In this document: positions 1 through 13,111 of the stretch, piece by piece
Position numbering within the stretch: the first letter of the stretch is position 1
Layout: every line of letters begins with the position of its first letter
NCBI RefSeq assembly: GCF_003918875.1
Contig: NW_025766015.1
Coordinates: forward strand, 1,426,001-1,490,000
Origin: Haliotis rubra
Taxonomy: Eukaryota
DNA: 64,000 nt
Direction of reading: 5' to 3'
Program-made: the position numbers and the translations under genes
The notes under the pieces: model-generated
The model's input: the letters and a program-made list of their open reading frames with translations, nothing else
Databases searched by the model: none
Told to the model about the DNA's origin: nothing

Positions 1-480
1 TTTGAAGGTACATGCTTTACAAAATATGTCACGATTCCTGGTGATACATTAAAAACCCAAATAAGACCGCTACCTATTAATAGATATTAGATACTTGTAT
101 TACGACTTTAGGGCCACTTGCTTAGTTAAAGTTGTGTCATGTTTCTGATAAAACTACCAAAACATGCAAGTACATTCACACAAAAAGAGGTAAAAACACG
201 GACAAGGTAAGGTAAGAATGACATCTCAGGTGACAGATTCGCTCACAGTAAGATTGCCACTGAGAGTGTTATTAATCTGCCCATTTCACACATCTCATGT
301 AATAGCATCATGTGGGTCTGTAATACACGTAGCAAAGAACAAATCTGACCATTTCCTAACGTTATTTCAAGTTTGCCGTGAATTCAAAATTGACTTTGTA
401 AATTTTCATGCTAAGGTTAGAGCCACATGTAGAGCCAGGTTGTAATGGTCTGAATGTTGACAAGAGAGACAGAAAAAAGT

Positions 481-588
481 ACATAAAGAATTATCTGGAT
501 TTCATCTTAATGTTCATTAGTTCTACCTGATGATGGGACCGGAACAGGAAGAATAAAAAGAAGATGAAATCCAGAAAATTCTTTATGT
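481..588. mobile_element. Small inverted-repeat element (MITE-like)
   Basis: acataaagaattatctggatttcatctt (481-508) is the reverse complement of 561-588 with 1 mismatch in 28 bp. Confidence 0.55.
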
Positions 589-805
589 TCATCAAATAGC
601 ATCTCCTAAAATGACAATCAAGCATCTAGGTTAAAAAGTTGTCTGTTAAATTTCATACTTGATTTCAAGTTTGCAGTAAACATTTGATTTAATATTTCTA
701 ATGAGCCTAAAAGGGCTCTAGTAATTCCACTGTACGACTGCACTGGCCCCAACAATGTACAACGGAAGCCTCGCTAGGTCCACACTAAGAGACGCCCCCA
801 CTGAC

Positions 806-1152
806 TGTGTGGGTTGATGGCCGGGAAGGCTAAAATCGTGACTCTTCTCGGTTCAATGAGCGTAGCCGTGCCGGGAAGGCTGAAATGTATATTTCGGATT
901 TCCCGTTAGAGCTCATTTCCAATGGCGCTACGGTGCCGGGAAGCATAATCGAATCGAATACTATAACAATGTTTTGAAAAGAAATCTGTCTACTCCCGAC
1001 ACGGATTATGCTCCCCGACACCGTATCTTAAGCTTTGGCGGTCTCCCCTACTTCCTTCGAAATTAGCTCTGCCGGGAAATCCGAAATATACATTTTAGCC
1101 TTCCCGGGACATCTGAAAAATATAGTTTAGCCTTCCCGGCTCGACACCACTG
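806..1152. mobile_element. MITE with long compound inverted arms
   Basis: The left arm has gccgggaaggctaaa and gccgggaaggctgaaatgtatatttcggatttcccg. These are mirrored on the right by cgggaaatccgaaatatacattttagccttcccgg and tttagccttcccggc. The right terminus is ...caccactg. Confidence 0.7.
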
Positions 1153-1758
1153 TGTGTACACTCGTTGTACATGAGATAGGCGGGTCGGTCTGAACTCTCA
1201 CACGAGATCGTGACGTCGCAAAGAATTCCGCACAGATTTTTTCATTTAGAATACTTCAGTTATTGTAACATTACAAGTGTATTTAAGAGGGTAATTGAGA
1301 CAAGTCATGAAGCTGTTCCATGTCTCTGTTAAAATCAATACGAGAGTCACCTTCTTAACTACACATTCCTTGCAGGATTATATGGGCATTTGAGACGTTC
1401 AGCGTAGTAGGATCACGGGTCGCTCGGCGCACAAGGAATGCAATTTGTATTGTGTACCCTGTATAATACGGACGCCGTTATACCGGACGCTCTTAATTCT
1501 GGAGCGATGCAGATGATGTGGTTTGGTTTCCTCGCGAAACTTTGCCTTGTCCTGTGTAGAAACTTCATTATATATATGGTTTAAAGAAATTAACCGGATT
1601 AAAGAGGTTTTGTTGTTCATATGTCTTTGAGCGGTATGGTCTGCAACTTACTGCCACTGTTTGCACTTGTTTCTGGGTCTCCGTCTGCGAGGACTCACTC
1701 ACTCACTCCATCATACCACGGAATTAGTCTCAGCATCTAAATTTACAAACTCTTGAAA

Positions 1759-1860
1759 CCGTTCAGGTCCGGGTTATAATTCGGTCTTCAGCAACCCATG
1801 TTTGTCGTATAGCTGGAATATTGCTGAGTGCCGCGTTAGACACGAACCAACCAACCAACT
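1759..1860 (+). mobile_element. SINE family B, internally deleted copy
   Basis: The 5' module (ggtccgggttataattcggtcttcagcaacccatg) is joined directly to the tail (gctggaatattgctgagtgccgcgtta...(caac)n). Confidence 0.7.
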
Positions 1861-2032
1861 AAAATTATAAAACCATATCAAGTGAATTAGTCTAGGAGTG
1901 ACGAGTGAAAGCTTCAACCACAACTCCAACGCCCAAACTAAGATGGTGCAGAGATCAAATAAAATATAAAATAAATACATAAACACGAAAAAAAGGGGAG
2001 GAAAAATGAACCAGCTGACAACATGCCCTCTG

Positions 2033-2135
2033 TGTGCGTGTGTGCATCTGAGAGAGAGAGAGAAAGAGAGAGAGAATGAGAGGGAGACAGGAAGAGGGAG
2101 AGGGGGGGAGGGAGAGAGAGAGAGGGAGAGAGAGC
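2033..2135. repeat. (GT)/(GA)-rich microsatellite and polypurine tract
   Basis: Runs of gaga and gagg are visible directly. Confidence 0.85.
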
Positions 2136-5027
2136 GTTAAGGCTCTGATCATGTTTAGGATTGTGTTTTATTGGGATCTAAAACTGGGAGGGAACCGAAT
2201 CACACCTTTGAGTTCATTCTTGTTAATAAAGAGAGAGAGAGAGAGGTACAAATGAGAAAATAACTTGAACTTACATATTTCAAGTTCTTCTCATCAGAAG
2301 AGAGGTAGTATACGGATTTAAACAGGGGAAGAGACGGAGGCTAAGGGGTGTTAAGGGTTACAACAAGACGGTCCTACAATTTTAAACTTAATAGGAACAT
2401 CTTAAATAAAAACTTCTTCAAAAGTGTTAAATGGTCGAAGTATGAATATACGAACTCCCAAGAGTCGTGTGATTTAATTATCTAATAATCAACAAACAAG
2501 TTCCGCCCTAATCCTATATCAGTATCGAGATTCAACTCGAAGTAAGAGATATATCCCCCGAGGCATCAGCTTCTCAGTAGTACATACCAACAAACCGTGT
2601 ATTATCTGCAGTGTATACACCACAGTATGCCAGTTTGTCTAATAATGTCTTTAGTAGTGAAAATATTACGGAGTGTTCAAGCGGACATATACACTTATAG
2701 TGGAGTGTTATTCAATATTAACTTCAGTGAATCTGTCGCGACCGGGAGATCATACACATATTTCTTATTCACACTGAAAACATCACCTAGTTAAGCTACA
2801 TTCAACGTTCGAGAACTGGGGACGGGTGGATTATTGTACCTTAAAATGTTTAACAATCATGGGCGGTTATAGTACGTGGCAGATGTTACACATTGTCTGC
2901 AAAAATTCAAAAGCGCATTCCCTTAAATAAAAGTACAAGTATCTATGTATTGGCATTCTTTGAGTGCGCCATGATTAAATTTGTCTTCCCCTTTCCCTTT
3001 GATGTGATAGTTAAATCTCCAAGGCTTGGGTTCACAGTGTGCCAACAGTTTCAATAATATTGCGAACAAATATCTATGCAGGACCTGTGCTCCTTGATGC
3101 TGTGTAATAGAGGATCGTTATGCAACTATTCCATAAGTGGTGTTTGGTTTGAGATAGCTCGGGTTTATATAAATATACTTGAAAGTTTACGATAAATGAC
3201 ATGAGACGGTTTCAGCGTGTATCATCTCGACACGGAGAATAGAACAGGTGCTCATTAAGGGAGATAACTCTCAATGGTAGGTGTACTGTATGAAGACCAC
3301 AACAAATTAATGTGTTTTTCTGATCGTCAGCATCTTCAGATCTTGTTTTATTTTATATAATCTTTTATCATTGCTATCAGATTACTTTATTAGAAACTAA
3401 CGTGGTTGAGGTGGAATGGGATTTACCGGTATCTTTGGGGTTACTGTATACATGTATTTACATTGAACGCGCAAGCACATATTATGCCTGCACGGATTGT
3501 ACCAGTTTTATCGAGCTTGCGCCATACCACAGCTTTATCATATATACCCCACTAGTAGCGTCTCGTGTGGTGGGATGGGACAACTGGGGTGGGATGGGGG
3601 CACCCCCTTTTATCAAAATTGTATTTTTAATCTTACAATTCAAAACGTGTGTCCCGTAATCCTCATTTTTGGAACACATTCCTTACGGCCAATATTTTTG
3701 GGGAAGTAATCTTATATCATAAAATATTGTGATGTGTCTTGGCCGTAACAACGGAAAGACATGTCAATGCACGATTGTTCATGATATACCCACATAAGTG
3801 CATACATATCTTGCCTTTAAAACACAATCAGCAATCCTAGAGTGTCCCCCTTTGTCCATAGCCGTTATAATAAATACTGCCATGAAACCCCATAAGTTGA
3901 ACCCTTTTAGACTTAAAATCGGGCTTTAAAACACTTTCTTTTCGGAATGTCTGCCATTTTGTGGTTTCACTGTTTGGGAATTGATTTTATTCCAAATCGT
4001 TGTTGTTGTTGTTGTCGATGATGATGATGGTCGCTGGTATTAATTTGAGCGTTTGAAGAGCTGCATTATTGGCCTCTCCATGGAATCTGTGTGCACGCAG
4101 TCTTTGTTCCATCGGGATTTTGCAACAGATGCTGCATGTGAGGCACAGATCCGTCCTACCGGGTACCCATTCACTACTGGTGAATTAACGTCAACGAAGA
4201 GACTTTACCCGTACCATATAATAAAGGGACATGATAGAAAAAAATTCATTTACGATACTCACATAATAATTTTGCAATGTTATTTTATGTTAAACATTTA
4301 AAAAACAGACGACAACTCTATTGTCTGTGAAAAAAGATGAGCTGTCACTGTGTATGATATCTTTGCAATCTGTCACGTGATGCCCGTGTCTACGTAACTT
4401 AGATACCGATACCCGTATCAAAGTAAATTATGCTTTTAAGATTAATACAAATCAAAATACTGAATTTTCAACCATAATGCAAGTATTCAGACCTTTAAAA
4501 CCCTGGCCCTAACCGTATTGAAATAAGCTTATAGCTATCGATACCCACGAGCATTTGTATAAGAGACAGGCACTGACGGTATATGTTGACCGTGTTGCAC
4601 ATCCAGGATCGAAAATACTAAGTAGGGGCCTTGTTATGAAGTCATGTCGCCCCTACCATGTTTTCTACATGTCAGACATAGGTGTTCTGGCTCCGGTCTT
4701 CGTGTGTGCATTACATGGGTGGTTTGTACATAACATTACATACAATTTATTGTTATACCATGTGTTATCTAATAACATGCCCTTTAAGCGTCTTAGCGAG
4801 TTTCAGGATCTCAAAATGTAAAGACTTTGTTTATGGAATTTCAAGTGTGGGGGTATAGCATTGCAGGGCGCCGTGACGAAAATATTAAGTAGCACTCAAC
4901 TCGGGGTCAGGGGGAGACACATGAAAGACGCTGACATACCTGCGATACCAGGGAGGGTATTTGGGTATTAGGCATACCGGGTATTACGGGTGTGTGATAG
5001 GGATGAAGATACGTGTTGAACAAGTGT

Positions 5028-6529
5028 CAGCAGAACACACAGGACGTTGTACAGATGTAGTAAGGGACACACCTCGAGCGTTGTACAGATGTAGTAAGCA
5101 GAACACACAGAGCGTTGTACAGATGTAGTAAGCAGAACACAGAGGACGTTGTACAGATGTAGTAAGCAGAACACAGAGGACGTTGTACAGATGTAGTAAG
5201 CAGAACACACAGGACGTTGTACAGATGTAGTAAGCAGAACACAGAGGACGTTGTACAGATGTAGTAAGCAGAACACAGAGGACGTTATACAGATACAGAT
5301 GTAGTAAGCAGAACACACAGGACGTTGTACAGATGTAGTAAGCAGAACACAGAGGACGCTGTACAGATGTAGATGAAGCAGAACACAGAGGACGTGTATA
5401 CAGATGTAGTAAGCAGAACACAGAACTTGTATTGTACAGATGTAGTAAGCAGAACACACAGGACGTTGACAGATGTAGTAAACCAGAACACACAGGATGT
5501 TGTACACAGAGGACGTTGTACAGATGTAGTAAGCAGAACACACAGGACGTTGTACAGATGTAGTAAGCAGAACACACAGGACGTTGTACAGATGTAGTAA
5601 GCAGAACACACAGGACGTTGTACAGATGTAGTAAGCAGAACACACAGGACGTTGTACAGATGTAGTAAGCAGAACACACAGGACGTTGTACAGATGTAGT
5701 AAGCAGAACACACAGGACGTTGTACAGATGTAGTAAGCAGAACACACAGGACGTTGTACAGATGTAGTAAGCAGAACACACAGGACGACGTTGTACAGAT
5801 GTAGTAAGCAGAACACACAAGACGTTATACAGATGTAGTAAGCAGAACACAGAGGACGTTGTACAGATGTAGTAAGCAGAACACACAGGACGTTGTACAG
5901 ATGTAGTAAGCAGAACACACAGGACGTTATACAGATGTAGTAAGCAGAACACAGAGGACGTTGTACAGATGTAGTAAGCAGAACACACAGGACGTTGTAC
6001 ACACAGATTATAGTGGCAGCAGAACACACACAGACGTTGTACAGATGTAGTAAGCAGAACACAGGACGTTATACCAGATGTAGTAAGCAGAACACACAGG
6101 ACGTTGTACAGATGTAGTAAAGCAGAACACACACACAGGACGTTGTACAGATGTAGTAAGCAGAACACACAGGACGTTGTACAGATGTAGTAAGCAGAAC
6201 ACAGAGGACGTTGTACAGATGTAGTAAGCAGAACACACAGGACGTTATACAGATGTAGTAAGCAGAACACAGAGGACGTTGTACAGATGTAGTAAGCAGA
6301 ACACAGAGGACGTTGTACAGATGTAGTAAGCAGAACACACAGGACGTTGTACAGATGTAGTAAGCAGAACACACAGGACGTTGTACAGATGTAGTAAGCA
6401 GAACACACAGGACGTTGTACAGATGTAGTAAGCAGAACACACAAGACGTTGTACAGATGTAGTAAGCAGAACACACAAGACGTTGTACAGATGTAGTAAG
6501 CAGAACACACAAGACGTTATACAGATGTA
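5028..6529. repeat. 34-bp tandem satellite, left part
   Basis: The unit is GGACGTTGTACAGATGTAGTAAGCAGAACACA(C/G)A, about 44 copies. It explains the Cys-rich ORFs with 34-aa periodicity. Confidence 0.97.
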
Positions 6530-6589
6530 CCCAGCTAACACGAAAATGTTTTAAAAATATCCCCAAAACATTTCGTGAAATGTTCCACA

Positions 6590-7432
6590 AAACATTTTTA
6601 AAATGTTTTATTCACGTGATTTTGTATGGTTCCAGAAATGTTTTAGAAACATTTTCAAAAACGTTTAACTATAAGGTTTTCAAAATGTTTTCCTGAAATG
6701 AAATGTTTTTCGAGATGTTTTGGAAATGTTTTTAAAAATGTTTTATTCACGTGATTTTGTATGGTTCCAGAAATGTTTTAGAAACATTTTCAAAACGTTT
6801 AACTATAAAGGTTTTTAAAATGTTTTCCTGGAAATGTTTTTTTCGAGATGTTTGGAAATGTTTTTAAAAATGTTTTATTCACGTGATTTTGTATGGTTCC
6901 AGAAATGTTTTAGAAACATTTTCAAAAACGTTTAACTATAAGGTTTTTAAAATGTTTTCCTGAAATGTTTTTCGAGAGATGTTTTGGAAATGTTTTAAAA
7001 AAATGTTTTATTCGTGTGATTTTGTATGGTTCCAGAAATGTTTTAGAAACATTTTCAAAAACGTTTAACTATAAAGGTTTTAAAATGTTTTTCCTGAAAT
7101 ATTTTTTCGAGATGTTTTGGAAATGTTTTAAAAAATGTTTTATTCACGTGATTTTGTATGGTTCCAGAAATGTTTTAGAAACATTTTTCAAAACGTTTAA
7201 CTATAAGGTTTTTAAAATGTTTTCCTGAAATGTTTTTCGAGATGTTTTGGAAATGTTTTAAAAATGTTTTATTCACGTGATTTTGTATGGTTCCAGAAAT
7301 GTTTTAGAAACATTTTTTCAAAACGTTTAACTATAAGGTTTTTAAAATGTTTTCCTGAAATGTTTTTTCGAGATGTTTTTGGAAATGTTTTAAAAAAATG
7401 TTTTATTCACGTGATTTTGTATGGTTCCAGAA
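6590..7432. repeat. About 131-bp tandem repeat in the left arm of the transposon
   Basis: The anchor ttc(a/g)(c/t)gtgattttgtatggttccag recurs at 6611, 6746, 6878, 7011, 7143, 7272 and 7406. Confidence 0.9.
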
Positions 7433-10400
7433 ACGTTTCAGCAATGTTTTCTCCAACATTCAGTGAATAGAACGCCGTAAATAACTGGTTTGGGTGTGAA
7501 TCTGTGATTCCATGTTGCAATTTGTTTTGGGGGCTGGTAGCTTCCCAGCTAACACGAAAATGTTTTAAAAATATCCCCAAAACATTTCGTTGAAATGTTT
7601 CCAGAAACATTTTTAAAATGTTTTATTCACGTGAAACGTTTCAGCAATGTTTTCTCCAACATTCAGTGAATATATTCCATAAAGGTTTTCTGAAAACGTT
7701 TTATAGATGTGATTTTGTATGGTTCTGGAAACGTTTTAAAAACATTTCCTTTGAACATATAGTTTTAACTTTTCAAGCATATAGAATAGCCCTGATAACA
7801 ATTAGGTGGTGTTTTGTTTAAAACGTAAACCACTGGAACAAAACGTAGAACACTAACAGTTAACAATTTACATAATATGTCTGTGGCAAATAGTTAGACA
7901 TATACATAGGGGCGTGTCTCCCTTAGAAACAGCGTTAGAAAGACATATAGATGTCTGGACTCAACCTATTTACTATATAATAGGGTTGGGTCTATACCTC
8001 TATATGTCTCTTTCTAACTGTTTCTAAGCGACTGTCCCTATGGACATATATAGTTAATCTTTACAAGGACACCAAAACAGATAAAAGAATGGCAGACTTG
8101 TAATCAACAATTTTATTAATAATTCTGGAAACGTGTACACTTTTTTCAGTTTGTTTTCATTATCTTCTTCTTTGCTTTTTGCAGTCATCCATATTTCTGA
8201 AATATAGAAAACTTTCAATAATCTTAAGCAGGTACTTGAAATGTGACATTTACCCCAAACCAAGTGACACTCTAACCAGGAGACTAAGTCTTCTACCACG
8301 TTTGTACAGACACGTGTTTGGTGGACATGAACACACTATTGGAATGTAATGATTGATATGATAATATCCAGAATCATGCTGAATACCAAAGATGTAGCAA
8401 GCACAGAATCTCACTTACTGGTCAGAGGCTGGGTACAAGTACAAATCAAATCTTGCAATAAAAAGCCCAAAAATATATCGACAACATGTTTATAGACAAT
8501 GGTATTTATAAGCTGCACTTACATAATTCACAGCTCCTGGATTATTTGATGTGTTCCTCCATAAATCCATCATGTGTAACAGTGTGTTTGTATATCCTGG
8601 AATGCTTGTCTCATATTCGCCCTTGCTGCAATGAAAATAACAATGTTCCACATTATCACAAGTTATAAATTGAACCGTTTCCATAAAGCATATAAAGTAG
8701 ATCTAGTTAGTCTAAAGCTGAAACATACTGCCATGTAATTGCCTCAAGTTTTTTGGTGGGTGCCCATTTACAACAAACTTGGATTACTGGCGAGCGTTTC
8801 TAGCCCAGAATCCAAACTGGAATTGATTTATTACACATCTATTGTAACTAGCTACATGATTCAAAGCCTTACACATCGGAACAGTTGCAGCTGCAGTATG
8901 ATTTCGTTGGCGAGCATTGTAACCAGATTCTTCAGTTTTCGATCACGATGTTTTCGGGTTTCACTGAAACATCATTTCACCAAGAATTGTAACAACTTTA
9001 TTTGGTCCAACATTTACTAAACTGAGACCACGCCATTTTCACTATGGAATACTGTACCATGAAAATCATGAAAAACCCTAATCAACACGGTTTCAAACGA
9101 TGTCACTTATATATTGGTGTCAAAACCTCGATATTGTTTATATATCCTTCCTGCAAAAGCAATTAGATCAATATTTTTATGTAAATCATCACCAAACATT
9201 GATCACCTCACTGACAATATATTGTGATAGTCTGTGGCCATACACTGTGGTATAGCAAGTGGCCATACAGTGACAACTCATAGCCGAGGACTAGTCATCG
9301 CCAACGCCCCGTTATAGTGTAGGCCCCACAAGTTTATTTCTGGCTCTTGTCTGGGAGGGAATACATCTATCAAAACCGATCAATTAATTTGTCTGGGGAA
9401 AATTTAAGAATACACAGTGGTAAAAACAGAGTACCTTTAATAAGAGACCATATAATAAATATTATTTATTATATCGGTCTCTGCTTTAGTATAGCACTTG
9501 AAAACATGCGGTAATAGTGGACAAACAACAATCCGACAACCCAGCAGGATGGTCATTTAACAGTTAGTTTAGTCAGTGTTAATTAACAAGAATGCGTCTG
9601 TCATTTCTGTTAAAAAATAGTTTTTATAACATGCACACACTATGACAGCCAGTAACTATCCCACAGTCAAGTGGATCAGAAACTAATTTCGAAATTATTC
9701 TCGATTCCCCATTTTCGTGGTATAAAATCGACGCAACTTTCCAACGACTTAAACGAGCAAAATTCAGTCATAGTTTAAAATTGAAAATTAGCCGCAATGT
9801 TAAATTAATAAAATGTCCTTCAGAAATAACATGGCAAAAATTAAATAACGATAAGGGCCACTGAAGCTTGTGCATACGTTTACGATCGAAAACCGAACGC
9901 AATAGGGGCATTAACCGCCTTAATTTAACTCTGCTTGAACACATATATTGCTCGCTCTTGATAGCCTAATTATCCTTTTATGTAACATAAAATTAATTAG
10001 GTACAAACTCTCTTAGACATTCTTCACAACGATATAATATATATCCAAAGCGAGGCTGAATTCGATGTTCTGGTGATTTCGACGATTACATTGCTCGCGC
10101 TATATTGGGGATTATGTTCGCGATCGGAGTGCACAAACAGTTTCACTGGTAGGGCGGATGCAAAATATCAATATTATTTACCCGAGATCGTTAATACCAC
10201 TTCAGATGCAAATCAATTGCCTATATAACCAAATATAGCAAAAAATCTGTAAGATCTCTCGTCTCTGCTGGTGACAAGCAATATACCAGATATAAACAGG
10301 AAGCCACGTGATCACAACACTCACTCGCATGGCTGGAGCGAAATGTATACAAATCCCAGATGTGGAGATGTTTCGCCGATAAAAGATATCATCAACGCTA

Positions 10401-10640
10401 TTTCTGTAGGAAACACTTGATATTTTTGGTGAAATAGATAAATATATCCCTTTTCACTCAAGGTTAGTAAAATAAAATTACGTTTTGTCTTACATCGTCG
10501 AAAAAAAGCCTGTCACCGGGGATTCTCTGTTTGAACACTGAATCACGTTTCTCAAAACCCCGCTACCTTTGAGTAACACAGTATTTTAATCGAGTGAATA
10601 TCAAATGTACATCAACATGAAAATAATGACTGTAAAATTA

Positions 10641-10800
10641 ACTCACCGCAACCGAGGTCACATCGATGATCCAGTTCCAGTTGTTGCACCATGAGTCGAA
10701 TGACAAGGTGGTGGTAGGGTCCTGAATAAACTTCAACTAAGATGGCGGGTGCAAAATTATGACGTGATGGGTGACGTCATTCCGACGTCATTTCCCGCGG
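10641..10800 (-). promoter_or_regulatory. Putative internal promoter and first-exon donor inside the transposon
   Basis: Motifs: E2F-like TTTCCCGC (10791-10798), CRE TGACGTCA (10772-10779) plus two CRE-like sites, and YY1-like AAGATGGCG (10739-10747). A minus-strand donor CG|GTGAGT lies at 10641-10648. Confidence 0.45.
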
Positions 10801-11907
10801 TAACAATGAGGCATTGTGTCGCAACATTTTAAAATGTTATCAAAACGTGTAAGGTGTGATATCATTTCAAAACCCTTTAAGAACAAGTCATAATAAAAAC
10901 ACATTTTAAATGTGATGACAGATCCGGCTAAAACATTTCAGGAACGTTTTAAGGCACTTTAATGACAAGTCATACATTAGAACATGGCTGAGTGAGATAA
11001 TTGTTTGTGATTGCAGTGTATGTACTGTTTATGTCACACCAACGATACAACAGAAACCGTGTTTTAAAACTTGATCACAATTAAACATGTTCTTGCACAT
11101 CATTTCTGCAATGTTTTAAAACATTTCAATAATATGTTATGAAATAGTTTCACCCATGTTACAGCATGACGTTTCTGAACAACATTTTGAAAACATTTCA
11201 AAACATTTTCAGTATTTTTTGAGATATTCACACATTATTTGTATGACTATGTTCTTGCATAATCTCTGCAGCGTTTTTAAAACATCCTCACTAATATGTT
11301 GTGAAATGGTTTCTAACCCGTTATAGCATGACGTTTTGAAACAACATTTTGAAAACATTTCAAAAAAATTTCAGTATTTTTGAGATTAAGACATTATTCG
11401 TATGATATGGCATAAATGTGTGCACAATGTTTTAAAACGTGATGATAATATTTCATTAAATATGTTCTTGCATAACATTCCTGCAGCGTTTTTAAAACAT
11501 CTCACTAATATGTTGTGAAATGGTTTCAAACACGTTATAGCATGACGTTTTTTAACAACGTTTTGAAAACATTTCAAAACATTTTCAGTATTTTGAGAGA
11601 TTTAGACATTATTCGTATGATATGGCATAAATGTGTGCACAATGTTTTTTTAAACGTGATGACAATATTTCATCAAACATGTTCGTGCACAACATTTCTG
11701 CAACGTTTTACAAATATTTCAATGACATGTTATGAAATAGTTTCACTCATGTTATAGTCTGACGTTTTTGAATAACATTTTAAAACATTTCAATAACATT
11801 ATGAAACATTTTTATAATCGTTCCAAAAACATTTTTGACGAAAATGTTTTTGAAAACTATTTTGAAACCTTATGAAAATGTTTCGAAAATGTTTTGTGTT
11901 AACTGGG

Positions 11908-12313
11908 TAGTAAGCAGAACACATAGGACGTTGTACAGATGTAGTAAGCAGAACACACAGGACGTTGTACAGATGTAGTAAGCAGAACACAGAGGACGTT
12001 GTACAGATGTAGTAAGCAGAACACACAGGACGTTGTACAGATGTAGTAAGCAGAACACACAGGACGTTGTACAGATGTAGTAAGCAGAACACACAAGACG
12101 TTGTACAGATGTAGTAAGCACACAGAGAAGATATAGAAGCAGAACACAAAGGACGTTGTACAGATGTAGTAAGCAGAACACACAGGACGTTGTACAGATG
12201 TAGTAAGCAGAACACACAGGACGTTGTACAGATGTAGTAAGCAGAACACACAGGACGTTGTACAGATGTAGTAAGCAGAACACAGAGGACGTTGTACAGA
12301 TGTAGTAAGCAGA
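11908..12313. repeat. 34-bp tandem satellite, right part
   Basis: Same unit as 5028-6529; it resumes in register after the transposon. Confidence 0.97.
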
Positions 12314-13111
12314 CAACATACCGCGTCGTTGAGATGAAAGAAGTCGTCAACCTATAACGTTGTACAAATATTCCCCAAGATAAACGAAATCAGTTTTACG
12401 AATGTATTAACTAAGGGCAAACTGTAGGGTTTAAAAAAAAGAAGTTTAAGAATCTATCGAAATCATCCATATCATTTGTTGAAGTGTGTATTGTTTCTCG
12501 CCAAAACAACATGGCCGACCACATCCCACGCCATGTTAACGTGTTTTTGTACTGCATTCTCGGGAAATACTTTCAAGATTACGAGTAATTATCAACAGGA
12601 CTGTAATCACTCTGGTGATAATCATAGTTAAAGAGAAGTTGTCCCAGTGATGACGTTTTTCACAAACGCGTATTTGAAGTGAAGTGCTTCGGGAGGTTTC
12701 ATCAATCTCAAATTATTTCACTCAAAACTCTTTGTTTGTCTCTAGTTAATCCGTCTTCTGAAACTCAACGTAACTGTCATTCAACAGGACTTTTCGTTCC
12801 AAGGAAGGTTTCCATCACTAGGCTGAGGCTGATGCGTTCAAAGGAACGACCATGCACTCAAGTAGGGTTAATTCGCTTCACAGACCCAGTGAAATGACGC
12901 GATTGTGTCACTGTATGGAGGGCGCATTGTGGCCAGACGTCTGAGGCACCGTCATTCGCCTGCAGAGTTGCGTCCCTTGGGCCGATGATCATGGGTTCGA
13001 ATCTGTCTGAGACCTGCGTATATTCCCGTTTTCCTATAATTGGGGTTCTTTCCAAAATGGCGTTAAACTACGGAAGCGTAGTAGGGCCACGATGAAAAGA
13101 AAATTGGTCTC

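Larger units (their letters stand above)
6530..11907. mobile_element. 5.4-kb non-autonomous DNA transposon, CACTA/EnSpm (CMC)-like
   Basis: The termini CCCAGCTAACACGAAA and TTTTGTGTTAACTGGG are imperfect TIRs. TA is duplicated (6528-6529 and 11908-11909) exactly inside a satellite unit (acagatgTA|element|TAgtaagcagaac). Both arms of about 1 kb are packed with AAAA(C/T)(G/A)TTTT subterminal motifs. No transposase ORF is present. The superfamily is inferred from the CCC termini, 2-bp TSD and subterminal repeats. Confidence 0.85.

Noticed and set aside
4968-6590. Long Cys-rich ORFs (364 and 508 aa) resembling metallothionein or keratin-associated proteins
   Set aside because: They are translations of the 34-bp satellite. 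The same peptide appears in all three minus frames, and there is no unique sequence or splice context.
7760-10820. Transposase gene inside the 5.4-kb element
   Set aside because: No long ORF and no DDE-like motif in the six-frame track.
12920-13070. tRNA-like A/B boxes (gtggccagacgtctgagg...ggttcgaatc)
   Set aside because: No coherent cloverleaf; at best a very old SINE, too degenerate to call.
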